From: a bacterium | GTDB taxonomy: Bacteria > Eisenbacteria > RBG-16-71-46 | Assembly (NCBI GenBank): GCA_043779265.1 | Contig: JAYWEM010000193.1 | Span: 1 to 31,492, forward strand | Direction: 5' to 3' | DNA length: 31,492 nt | Shown: positions 1 to 8,326 of the stretch, one piece after another | How the letters are laid out: each line of letters begins with the position of its first letter | Numbering within the stretch: the stretch's first letter is position 1 | Made by a program: the position numbers and the translations under genes | The notes under the pieces: model-generated | Told to the model about the DNA's origin: nothing | Databases searched by the model: none | What the model saw: the letters and a program-made list of their open reading frames with translations, nothing else

Positions 1-2
1 AC

Positions 3-770
3 ATCGGACTGTTCGGCACCATCACCAACAGCCCCCTTGCCATCGACTTCGGGGCCACGAACGGCCGAGTGCTGGTCGGCGGATTCACCGGCGGGGTGCT
101 GGAGTTCGATGCCGGCACGGGCGCCTACATCAAGACTTACGGACCCCCGGGTTGGACGTGGTCCGGCATCTACATGCCGAGTGGCAACGTCCTCGTGGCC
201 TCCACCACCACGGACCAGCTCATCGAGTACGACAGCGTCACCGGCGCGCTCATCGGCATCTGGGCGACCCTGCCCATCAGCTACGGGCCCTCCGACATGC
301 GGTTCGGGCCCAACGGCAATCTGTACGTCGGGCTCTACGGGGGCCACGGCGTGTACGAGTACGACCCGACCAGCGCGGCGCTCGTGAGCGTCGTGAATCT
401 CGCGCCGGGCTCGCGCGTCAACGACGTGGAGTTCCTGAACGGGGAGATCCTGGTGACGGCGCTCGGCACCAACATGGTGTTCCGCTTCGACTCGACGCCG
501 GCCCACAATCTGCTCGGCACGTTCGCCGGGACCGGCTGGGGCAACACCCACGGCATCGCCGTCAGCCCGCACAACGGCCACATCTACGTCGTGGACGGCG
601 TCAGTGCCCAGGTCCACGAGTTCGATCCGATCACGTTCGTGGAGTTGAACGCCAACGTGCTCAGCCCCCCGCCTGGCGACAAGATCGTGGACATCGAGTT
701 CCGCGTGGACAACCGCCCCACGCCGACGACGCCCACGACGTGGGGACGGCTGAAGCAGCTGTACCGCTGA
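3..770 (+). CDS. 5'-truncated beta-propeller protein (Vgb/NHL-like repeats) with C-terminal TWGRLKQLYR tail, probably secreted
   Basis: Frame of ORF 69..770 is open back to base 3 (IGLFGTITNSPLAIDFGATNGRV...). Repeated blade motifs PSDMRFGPNGNLYVG, HGIAVSPHNGHIYVVD, VLEFD/LIEYD/VYEYD/VHEFD. Ends RPTPTTPTTWGRLKQLYR. Start and signal peptide lie outside the window. Confidence 0.75.
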   Translation: MGLFGTITNSPLAIDFGATNGRVLVGGFTGGVLEFDAGTGAYIKTYGPPGWTWSGIYMPSGNVLVASTTTDQLIEYDSVTGALIGIWATLPISYGPSDMRFGPNGNLYVGLYGGHGVYEYDPTSAALVSVVNLAPGSRVNDVEFLNGEILVTALGTNMVFRFDSTPAHNLLGTFAGTGWGNTHGIAVSPHNGHIYVVDGVSAQVHEFDPITFVELNANVLSPPPGDKIVDIEFRVDNRPTPTTPTTWGRLKQLYR

Positions 771-775
771 CACGA

Positions 776-799
776 GCGGCGGGGAGAGATCCCCGCCGC
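776..799 (+). terminator. Perfect 10-bp GC stem with GAGA tetraloop just after the stop codon (terminator-like or 3' stabilising hairpin; no U-tract)
   Basis: GCGGCGGGGA-GAGA-TCCCCGCCGC, 5 nt after the TGA ending at 770. Confidence 0.55.
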
Positions 800-804
800 G
801 GCGG

Positions 805-813
805 TGCTATCCT
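805..813 (+). promoter_or_regulatory. Extended -10 element TGcTATCCT, 6 nt upstream of ATG 820 (putative leaderless promoter of the glycan operon)
   Basis: TG(805-806)-c-TATCCT(808-813)-ccgacc-ATG; no SD between the box and the ATG. Confidence 0.5.
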
Positions 814-819
814 CCGACC

Positions 820-2895
820 ATGGCCGGAACCGACCCCGATCGGCATACAGACGAGCCGATGCGTGAACTGGTGCATCGTGGACTGAAGTCGATGCACCAC
901 GCGCTGCCGGAGAGCCTCAAGCGTGGCGTGCGGCCATGGTATCTCCGCAACGTCTACTACCGCTGGTTCCCGGAGGTCCAAGAACGTCCGGCGATGCCGC
1001 CCCCGGCCCCCGAACTGGGGCCGTTCCTGTCGGCGCCCCTGGACGCCAGGCCCACGCTCCTGAGCCTGCCGATCACGCCGTGGTCGTTGCGCTACGCGCG
1101 GCCACAGCAGATCCCGCAACGCATGGTGCGGCTCGGCTGGCGCGTCATCGTGCTGGATCCGCTGCTCGACGGACGGCCGTATCAGCCGAAGGCGCAGGGC
1201 ATCCACGCCTGGAGCGCACCACGCGGGCCGAGCGTGACCGAACTCAAGCTCCCCTGCAGCTTGGCGCGCGACCTCTACCGCGACGCGCTCTCGCCACGCG
1301 ATGTCGACACGATCCTGTCCGCGCTGATCCCCCGCTTGAGTGAACTGGGGGTGTCGGAGTTGGTGACCTGGGTACACTTGCCGTTCTGGGCGCCGCTGGC
1401 GATCGCGCTTCGCGACCGCGTCGGAGCAGGCCTCGTCTACGACTGCATCGACGAGCACGAGGGCTTCACCAACATGACCGAACGGCAGCGCTCCGGTGAG
1501 ACGGATCTCGTCAGGGAGGCCGATCTGGTCGTGACCACCGCCGCGGCGCTCGAGCAGAAGGTCGGACTCACGGCCCGGCGCACGGTTCGCATCCCCAACG
1601 GTTGCGACCCCGAGCACTTCGCCACCGGCGTGCCGGCGGCGCGACTGGCAAGCCTGCCGCGACCGATCTTCGGCTACGTGGGTGCGATCGCCGACTGGTT
1701 CGACACCTCGCTGATCGCCTCGCTGTCGCGCGCACGCCCCGAGTGTTCGATCGTGCTGGCCGGACATGCCGAGCCAGCTGAGCGCACGGATCTCGCTCGG
1801 CTCCCCAACGTGACACTGCTCGGCGAGGTCGAGAACGCCCTGGTCCCCGATCTCGTGGCGGCATTCGATGTCGCGCTGATCCCGTTCCGACTCAACGCGC
1901 TCACCCGCGCCACCCATCCGGTCAAGTGCTTCGAGTACCTGGCCGCCGGCCGCGCGGTCGCCAGCGTCGGCCTGCCCGAGCTGGCGGAGTGGGCGCATGT
2001 CGTCCGACTCGGCGACGGCCCTGATGGCTTCGTGAACTCGTGTGAGTTGGCGCTCGAGGATTCACGCACGGATCCATCGCCGCGGCTCGAAGCCGCCCGT
2101 TCGAATCACTGGGACGTGCGCGCTGCGCAGATGGACCAGGCGATCCGCGACTCGGGGCCCTTCGCCTCGATCATCATCGTCTCGTGTGGGCAGTGGCGGC
2201 ACACCCAGGCTTGCTTGGAGCAACTGCTCGCCTGCCTGCCGCCGTCTCGCAGTGAGGTGATCGTGGTGGACAATGGGTCCACCGACGGATCGCGGCAGGG
2301 ACTGTTCGGCTGGACACGCGTGGATCCTCGCGTGCGCGTGGTGTGGAACACGGAGAACCGTGGCTTCGCCGCTGCCTGCAATCAAGGACTCGCATTCGCA
2401 CGTGGCGACGTGCTCGTGCTGCTCAACAACGACGTGCTGGTCACGCCGGGATGGTTGCGCGGACTGATGCGCCATCTGGAGGACCCGGCGGTCGGCATGG
2501 TCGGGCCCGTGACGAACTCCATCGGGAACGAGGCCCGCATCCCGGTGAAGTACCGCGACCGTGCCGGCCTCCTGCGGTTCGCCTCGGAACGCCGCCACTC
2601 GCACCACGGCCGACACTTCGACCTCGCGCTGTGCGCCATGTTCTGCGCCGCGATGCGCCGTGACACTTACGAGAAGGTCGGGCCGCTCGATGAACGCTTC
2701 GGGGAGGGACTGTTCGAGGATGATGACTACGCGCGGCGCATGCGCGATCTCGGTCTGATCTCCCGCTGCGCCGAAGACGTGTTCGTGCACCACTTCGGCA
2801 GCATCACGCTGCGCGCGCTCGGCTGGGATCGCTGGCGGGGGCTGTTCGAAGCGAATCGTGCCCGCTTCCTCGAGAAGTGGGGAGCTCGCCCATGA
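820..2895 (+). CDS. Two-domain glycosyltransferase: N-terminal GT-B (GT4/TuaH-like) + C-terminal GT2
   Basis: YDCIDEH, FGYVGAIADWFD, FDVALIPF, HPVKCFEYLAAGRAV (GT-B); SIIIVS, VIVVDNGSTDG, NRGFAAACNQG, LLNNDV, FEDDDY, VHHFGS (GT2). Alternative start ATG 859. Confidence 0.88.
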   Translation: MAGTDPDRHTDEPMRELVHRGLKSMHHALPESLKRGVRPWYLRNVYYRWFPEVQERPAMPPPAPELGPFLSAPLDARPTLLSLPITPWSLRYARPQQIPQRMVRLGWRVIVLDPLLDGRPYQPKAQGIHAWSAPRGPSVTELKLPCSLARDLYRDALSPRDVDTILSALIPRLSELGVSELVTWVHLPFWAPLAIALRDRVGAGLVYDCIDEHEGFTNMTERQRSGETDLVREADLVVTTAAALEQKVGLTARRTVRIPNGCDPEHFATGVPAARLASLPRPIFGYVGAIADWFDTSLIASLSRARPECSIVLAGHAEPAERTDLARLPNVTLLGEVENALVPDLVAAFDVALIPFRLNALTRATHPVKCFEYLAAGRAVASVGLPELAEWAHVVRLGDGPDGFVNSCELALEDSRTDPSPRLEAARSNHWDVRAAQMDQAIRDSGPFASIIIVSCGQWRHTQACLEQLLACLPPSRSEVIVVDNGSTDGSRQGLFGWTRVDPRVRVVWNTENRGFAAACNQGLAFARGDVLVLLNNDVLVTPGWLRGLMRHLEDPAVGMVGPVTNSIGNEARIPVKYRDRAGLLRFASERRHSHHGRHFDLALCAMFCAAMRRDTYEKVGPLDERFGEGLFEDDDYARRMRDLGLISRCAEDVFVHHFGSITLRALGWDRWRGLFEANRARFLEKWGARP

Positions 2896-3680
2896 AGGCG
2901 ATCCAGGCCCACCTCGCGGAACTGTGGCGGCATCGGGTCCTCATCGGCATTCTCACGCAGCGCGAGTTGATCGCACGCTATCGCGGCTCGCTGCTGGGCT
3001 ATCTGTGGACGCTGCTCAATCCGTTGCTCCAGGCGGCCGTCTATGTGCTCGTCTTCCGCTATCTCACCGGCGCGATCCGCACACCCGGCTACGAGATCAC
3101 GCTGTTCACCGCGATCCTCCCGTGGGCTTGGATCGCCGGAGCACTCACGCAGGGACCGACGAGCATCGTGCACGGTGCGCCCTTGGTGCTCCGCTCGGCC
3201 GTGCCTCCACAGGTCCTTCCTGGGGTGGTCGTGCTCGGGCACGGCATCCATCTCGTCCTCGCACTTCCGGTCGCGGCGGTACTCGCGCTCGCCAGCGGCA
3301 TCGCGCCATCTTGGTCATGGCTCGCACTGCCGATCGCGCTCGCGCCGCTCCTTGTGTTCGTCTACGCCGTGGCTCTCGCGACCGCCTCGCTCACCCCGCG
3401 TTTTCGCGATGTCCAGTTCCTCACGCAGAACGCGCTCGGCATCTGGTTCCTCCTCACGCCCATCGCATGGCCGCTGGCGATGGCGCCCGAGTGGCTGCGC
3501 CCCTGGATCGGATTGAACCCGGCCGCTGCGTTGGTGCTGCCTTTCACGCAGATCCTCGTCGAGCGTCGCTTTCCCGATGCGATGCTGCTCGGCGCAGGCG
3601 CCCTCTGGGGGTTGGTGGCCTTCGCGGGGACCGTGGCGCTGTTCGAGCGCCACCGCGATGCGATCGTGGAGGACCTGTGA
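2892..3680 (+). CDS. wzm: ABC-2 polysaccharide export permease (Wzm-like), 262 aa
   Basis: RELIARYRGSLLGYLWTLLNPLL, FRDVQF, WFLLTPIAW, LNP; multiple TM segments; ATGA overlap with upstream stop and GGAG SD at 2881. Confidence 0.9.
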   Translation: MKAIQAHLAELWRHRVLIGILTQRELIARYRGSLLGYLWTLLNPLLQAAVYVLVFRYLTGAIRTPGYEITLFTAILPWAWIAGALTQGPTSIVHGAPLVLRSAVPPQVLPGVVVLGHGIHLVLALPVAAVLALASGIAPSWSWLALPIALAPLLVFVYAVALATASLTPRFRDVQFLTQNALGIWFLLTPIAWPLAMAPEWLRPWIGLNPAAALVLPFTQILVERRFPDAMLLGAGALWGLVAFAGTVALFERHRDAIVEDL

Positions 3681-4438
3681 CCGCCCCGGCGATCGAGTTC
3701 ATCGGCGTCACCAAACGATTCCGCACCGGGCGCGCGCATGCGCCGCACACGACGCTCAAATCCGTTGTCGTCTCGGCATTGACCGGGCGCGCAAGAACCT
3801 CCGAGCCACGATTCGAGGCGCTCACTCGCATCGACCTCCGCGTCGCGGTGGGTGACTCGCTCGGCATCCTCGGCCGCAATGGCGCCGGCAAGTCGACGCT
3901 GCTCCGATTGATCGCGGGGATCTACCGCCCGGACGAGGGCGTGATCCGAGTGCGCGGACGCGTCGCGCCGCTGCTCGAACTGGGTGCCGGCTTCCATCCC
4001 GAGTTCACGGCGCGGGAGAACATCCTCGTCAATGGCGTCGTGCTGGGCCTCTCTCGCGCGGAGGTTCGCGATCGCATGGAGGCGATCCTCGCCTTCGCCG
4101 AGATCGAGTCGCATGCGGACTCGCCGCTCCGCACCTGGTCCACGGGGATGGTCATGCGCCTTGGCTTCAGCGTGGCGATCCACGTCGAGCCCGACCTCCT
4201 GCTGGTCGACGAGTCCCTCGCCGTGGGTGATGCGCGCTTCCAGGAGCGGAGCCGCGCCGCGTTGCTGAAGCGGGTGCGAGAGCGACGCGGCACGACGGTG
4301 ATCGTCTCGCACGACACCGCCGCCATCCGCGAGTTCTGCAATCGCGCGCTGGTCCTCGATCCGCCCGAGGCTCGCTCCCATGAGGATGCGGCGGCCGGGA
4401 TCCTCGACTATGAGCGGTCCCTCTCGGGGCGACCGTGA
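3677..4438 (+). CDS. wzt: ABC polysaccharide export ATPase (Wzt-like), 253 aa, without C-terminal carbohydrate-binding domain
   Basis: Walker A GRNGAGKSTL, LELGAGFHPEFTAREN, signature WSTGMVMRLGF, Walker B LLLVDE, VSHD; GTGA overlap with the wzm stop. Confidence 0.9.
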   Translation: MTAPAIEFIGVTKRFRTGRAHAPHTTLKSVVVSALTGRARTSEPRFEALTRIDLRVAVGDSLGILGRNGAGKSTLLRLIAGIYRPDEGVIRVRGRVAPLLELGAGFHPEFTARENILVNGVVLGLSRAEVRDRMEAILAFAEIESHADSPLRTWSTGMVMRLGFSVAIHVEPDLLLVDESLAVGDARFQERSRAALLKRVRERRGTTVIVSHDTAAIREFCNRALVLDPPEARSHEDAAAGILDYERSLSGRP

Positions 4439-5340
4439 TCCGGCCCGCCGCACCGGTCTCGGTCGTCCTGGTGCTGCACGAGTCGGCCGCCGTCGTGGGG
4501 CACGCCCTGCGTTCCCTGCGTCGCCAGTCACTCGAACTGCAGCTGATCGCCGTGGACTCCGCCTCGAGCGATGGCGGACTCGAACGGGTCCGAGGCGAGT
4601 GGCCCGAGGCGACGCTGCTCTCGATGGAAGAGAACCGGGGCTTCGCGCTCGCCTGCGATCGCGCGCTGCCGCATGCGACCGGCCGCACGGTGCTGCTGTT
4701 GAACCCGGATGCCGAGCTGGAGGACGGTGCACTCGCCACGATGATCGAGCGGCTGGAGTCCGCCCCGGCGCTCGCGATGGTCGCGCCCCGGATGCTGGAT
4801 GCCGATGGCCGTGAGCGCCGAGGCGATGGACGCGAGCCGTCGCTCGGCCGTTGGTTGCGCGACCTGCTGCCGCCGCCGCTCCTGCCGGCCCATCGCCCGC
4901 GCGACCGACGAGAGGGGCCGGACTGGCTCGAGGCATCCTGCGTCCTGATCGATCGAGAGGCCCTTGCTCGAATCGGCGGCGTCGATTCCGGGTACTTCCT
5001 CTACTTCGAGGATGTCGAGTTGGGCGCACGACTGAGGGCCATGGGCCGAACGCTCGCGCGAGTGCCCACGGCTGGCGCACGCCATGCGGGTGCCGGCGGC
5101 AGCGGGACCTACGGCCCCGTCCACATCGCCGCCTGGCATGAAAGCGCGTCGCGCTGGATCTCGCGACATCAGCTCGGCTGGCGGGGACCGGCCTGCCGCG
5201 CCGTGCTTCGCGTGCGGGCCGCGATCCGCGCGGCGCTGTGGCCCTGTGCGTTCCACACCGGCCTGCCGTGGAACGAGCGGTGTCTGCGCGCATCCGCATG
5301 GTGGCGCGCGGCTCGGCGCTTGGGGGCGGCCCCCTCATGA
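4435..5340 (+). CDS. GT2 glycosyltransferase (WbbL/rhamnosyltransferase-like)
   Basis: AVDSASSDG, ENRGFA, LLLNPD, GGVDSGYFLYFEDVEL; GTGA overlap with the wzt stop. Confidence 0.85.
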   Translation: MIRPAAPVSVVLVLHESAAVVGHALRSLRRQSLELQLIAVDSASSDGGLERVRGEWPEATLLSMEENRGFALACDRALPHATGRTVLLLNPDAELEDGALATMIERLESAPALAMVAPRMLDADGRERRGDGREPSLGRWLRDLLPPPLLPAHRPRDRREGPDWLEASCVLIDREALARIGGVDSGYFLYFEDVELGARLRAMGRTLARVPTAGARHAGAGGSGTYGPVHIAAWHESASRWISRHQLGWRGPACRAVLRVRAAIRAALWPCAFHTGLPWNERCLRASAWWRAARRLGAAPS

Positions 5341-6311
5341 GCACGGGCTCGATCGCCGTGATCATCGCCTCACGAGGCGTTCGTCCGTCACTGCGACAGG
5401 CGCTCGATGCACTGGCCGGGCAGAGCCTTCCCGCCGATCGGTTCGACGTGCGAGTGGTGATCGATGGCTGGGAGACGTCGGTCCCGTCTCCCGACCTGGG
5501 CGTACCCACGTCGACTGTGACGGGCGCCGCGCGCGGGCCCGGCGCGGCGAGGAACCATGGCGCCGCGCTGGCTTCCGGCGAGTGGCTCGCGTTCACGGAC
5601 GACGATTGCGTCCCTGAACCCGACTGGCTCGAACGAGCGGCCCAACGCATCCGGGACTCCGGCGCCACGATCATCCAGGGCCGCACGCTCGAGGCAGGAG
5701 GCGCCTCGCTGATGCGGTTCGAGGATGAGGACTCGCCCGGAGCCATCACCACCAACCTGTTCGTGCGGCGCGCGGACTTCGTCGCAGCCGGCGGATTCGA
5801 CGAGGCATTCGCCGACCCCGAGCGCGATCTTTATTTCCGCGAGGACACCGACCTCGTGCTCCGACTCCTCGACTCGGGCGCGCGCCAGGTGTTCGCACCC
5901 GAAGTGAGAGTGACGCATGCAGCGCTGTTCGCCGATGCGGGCTCGCCCTTGCGCCATGCGAGGCGGCACGAGTTCGACGCCCTGCTCCAGCGCCGACATC
6001 CGCAGGCGTTCCATCGCTCTCTCGAGGTCAAGCGCATCGGGCCCTGGAGGGTCCACCGGCCCTTCCACTGGGCCTCGTTGGCGACGCTGACGGCGTGGAT
6101 CGCCGCGGCCCTCCTGCTCGTGACGGGACATGGCCGAGTCGCGGCGCTGCTCGCCGCACTCGCGCTGGTGGGTCACGCCGTCGCAGCGCTTCGCTACGCG
6201 AGGGCCGGCTCGAGGGCGGCGTACTGGGCGGGCTGGGCGACGCCTTTCGTGTATGTCGCCGCACTGACCCGCGGCTGCCTGCGCCACGGCGGCTGGGGAG
6301 TCTGGCGATGA
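5337..6311 (+). CDS. GT2 glycosyltransferase with C-terminal TM helices
   Basis: GPGAARNHGA, LAFTDDDC, GGFDEAF, REDTDL; hydrophobic C-terminus; ATGA overlap at 5337-5340. Confidence 0.85.
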   Translation: MSTGSIAVIIASRGVRPSLRQALDALAGQSLPADRFDVRVVIDGWETSVPSPDLGVPTSTVTGAARGPGAARNHGAALASGEWLAFTDDDCVPEPDWLERAAQRIRDSGATIIQGRTLEAGGASLMRFEDEDSPGAITTNLFVRRADFVAAGGFDEAFADPERDLYFREDTDLVLRLLDSGARQVFAPEVRVTHAALFADAGSPLRHARRHEFDALLQRRHPQAFHRSLEVKRIGPWRVHRPFHWASLATLTAWIAAALLLVTGHGRVAALLAALALVGHAVAALRYARAGSRAAYWAGWATPFVYVAALTRGCLRHGGWGVWR

Positions 6312-7645
6312 CGACTCCACGAGGCGGCAGGCCCCTCTCCCTGCTCTCGCTCGCCCTGCTCTCGGCAGCCCTCGTCTTCGGCGCCTCGCAAGCGGGTCGC
6401 GCCCTGCTGCACTCCAAGCAGGGCCTCGATCTCGCGCCTTCGGTCGCGGCGGCTCGTGCCTCACTCGAAACCCGTGGATTCCCGGTCTATGACTGGTCGG
6501 CGCTTCAGGAAGTCGGCCGCCGATACGGCCTTCATGGTCCGCTCGGTGCCGAGGACCCGATCATCGAGTATGCGTACGCCCCGAGCACGCTGCTCGTCTA
6601 TCTGCCGTTCGCGGCACTGCCATGGCCCAGCGCTCGGGTGATCTGGTTCGCACTCTCCATCGCAGCCCTCCTGCTGGCGGCTCACTGGTGGGGGCGGATG
6701 GTCGCTCCGGATGGAGCCTCGCCGCAGGCCTGGGGTTGGGGCGCCGTCGCCGCCACGGCCGTGTCCTTCCCCTCCGCCTACGGTTGGATGGCCGGACAGT
6801 CCAATGACTTCGTCCTGTTGCTGCTCGTGGCCTCGTTCGCGGCGTGGCGAGACGGCCATGCGAGCCGTGCCGGCTGGCTGGCCGCACCGGCCCTCCTTTG
6901 GAAGGCCTTCACCGGCGCACCACTCCTGTTCTGGATCGTGCGTTCCGATCGGCGGGCGCTGCTCGCAGTGGTCGCCTCGATGCTCGCGCTGATCCTGGTG
7001 TCGACGCTGCTCGTGGAGCCGCGCGCGTGGCTCGAGTGGTGGGAGTACATCCTGAGCCCCGCCAAGGGCCCGACCGCCGCGATGCGCAATCACTCCATCA
7101 GCGGCGTGATGCAATTGTGGTTCACGGCCAATGTCATCGCGCCGCCGATCGCCGACTCCCCGCTTCTGGCGAGAGTCGCGACGTGGGGGCTGGCTTCGCT
7201 CGCGCTGGGGTTGGCTGCGCGGACGCTCGCGGCGAGACCGCAGCCCCGCGACCCCCACACCGCGATCCAGTGGTCGTCCACACTCGTCCTTGCGGTGCTG
7301 CTGGTGCCGCGCGGCTGGGAACACTACGGCGTGCTGCTGTTGCCTGCATTCATCAGTTGCGCTTCGGGGATCGTCTCGCGTCCACGCTCACCCTCCACGC
7401 TCATCGCGGCTCTGTTGCTCGGCGCGGCATTCTCGACCTGGGCGCTCCTGCTCATGGACCGTGACGACTACACCTCGGCAGCGGCATTCCCACTGGTGCT
7501 GGGGTCCAAGATGTCGGCCTCACTGCTCCTGCTGGGCATCAGCGCATGGCTCATCCACACGCGTCCTCGCGCGATCGATCGCGATGCGGATCGGAGAGGG
7601 ATCCGCGGTTCGCAGGCGGCGCTCGAGCGCCGCCAACTCGACTAG
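6308..7645 (+). CDS. GT87/DUF2029 family polyprenyl-phosphate-sugar-dependent membrane glycosyltransferase (GT-C)
   Basis: YAYAPSTLLVYLPFAALPW, GQSNDFVLLLL, LLWK, NHSISG, WEHY; about 10 hydrophobic segments; ATGA overlap at 6308-6311. Confidence 0.8.
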   Translation: MTTPRGGRPLSLLSLALLSAALVFGASQAGRALLHSKQGLDLAPSVAAARASLETRGFPVYDWSALQEVGRRYGLHGPLGAEDPIIEYAYAPSTLLVYLPFAALPWPSARVIWFALSIAALLLAAHWWGRMVAPDGASPQAWGWGAVAATAVSFPSAYGWMAGQSNDFVLLLLVASFAAWRDGHASRAGWLAAPALLWKAFTGAPLLFWIVRSDRRALLAVVASMLALILVSTLLVEPRAWLEWWEYILSPAKGPTAAMRNHSISGVMQLWFTANVIAPPIADSPLLARVATWGLASLALGLAARTLAARPQPRDPHTAIQWSSTLVLAVLLVPRGWEHYGVLLLPAFISCASGIVSRPRSPSTLIAALLLGAAFSTWALLLMDRDDYTSAAAFPLVLGSKMSASLLLLGISAWLIHTRPRAIDRDADRRGIRGSQAALERRQLD

Positions 7646-8326
7646 CGCTCGCAATGCCACGGTGGGCGATCCACCGCTCGGCACGCCCTGCAGGCGAGGC
7701 GCGTGCGGGACCGGCCGCTCGGCGAACTGCGCTCCCGCCCGTTTCATCAGGGCCGCGATCTCGACGGAGACCGCGCCGCCCGTGCTCTCGAGCTTCAGTG
7801 CCAGAGCGACGTTCGTCGGCAGCAACTTGTAGGCGCAGTTGGCATCGCGCAGGCGCACACCCAGAAGGCGTGCGGCGAGTGAGGTCCACGCGCCTCCCAG
7901 CTGACGACGCCACCAGGAGTCGGCGCGTGGCGACCTCCAGCCGAGCACGGCATCGGCCTCTCCTCTTGCGAGCGGCGCGACGAACGCCGGGAGCGGTTCG
8001 AATCCGAATTGCCGATCGGCGTCGGTCATGAACACATACTCCATCCGCGCAGCCTCGATCCCGGTGCGCAATGAAGCGCCGTAGCCTCGGCAGGTCATGT
8101 GCCGAACCGAGCGCACGCGGGGTTCCAGGAGCGTCAACTCCGCCATCAAGTCGGGCGTGGTGTCTGTGCTACCGTCATCGACGACCACGATCTCCCAAGC
8201 CTTGGCGACCGTGGGCAGATGCTTCCGCGCGTCCTCGAGCACGTGCGGGAGATTCGCCGCCTCGTCATGCGCGGGCAGCACGACCGTCAACGAGGACAGC
8301 TGGGGGGAGCGTTCCGATGCGGTCAT
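7520..8326 (-). CDS. GT2 polyprenol-phosphate glycosyltransferase (Dol-P-Man synthase/GtrB-like)
   Basis: LTVVLPAHDEA, IVVVDDGSTD, RGYGASLRTG, FMTDADRQF, DANCAYKL, HAPRLQGVPS. Confidence 0.85.
   Translation of the reverse strand: MTASERSPQLSSLTVVLPAHDEAANLPHVLEDARKHLPTVAKAWEIVVVDDGSTDTTPDLMAELTLLEPRVRSVRHMTCRGYGASLRTGIEAARMEYVFMTDADRQFGFEPLPAFVAPLARGEADAVLGWRSPRADSWWRRQLGGAWTSLAARLLGVRLRDANCAYKLLPTNVALALKLESTGGAVSVEIAALMKRAGAQFAERPVPHAPRLQGVPSGGSPTVALRALVELAALERRLRTADPSPIRIAIDRARTRVDEPCADAQQEQ

Noticed and set aside
2858..3676. 5' extensions in the ORF track (2858, 6095, 8071, 11197, 13059, 15569, 19195, 21021, 25330, 25608)
   Set aside because: They overlap neighbouring genes or promoters; stop/start overlaps, SDs and signal peptides indicate downstream starts.
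661..6464. Long antisense ORFs (661..1998, 3362..5755, 5388..6464)
   Set aside because: Shadows of well-supported plus-strand genes; Arg/Ala/Pro-rich with no motifs, as expected in high-GC DNA.
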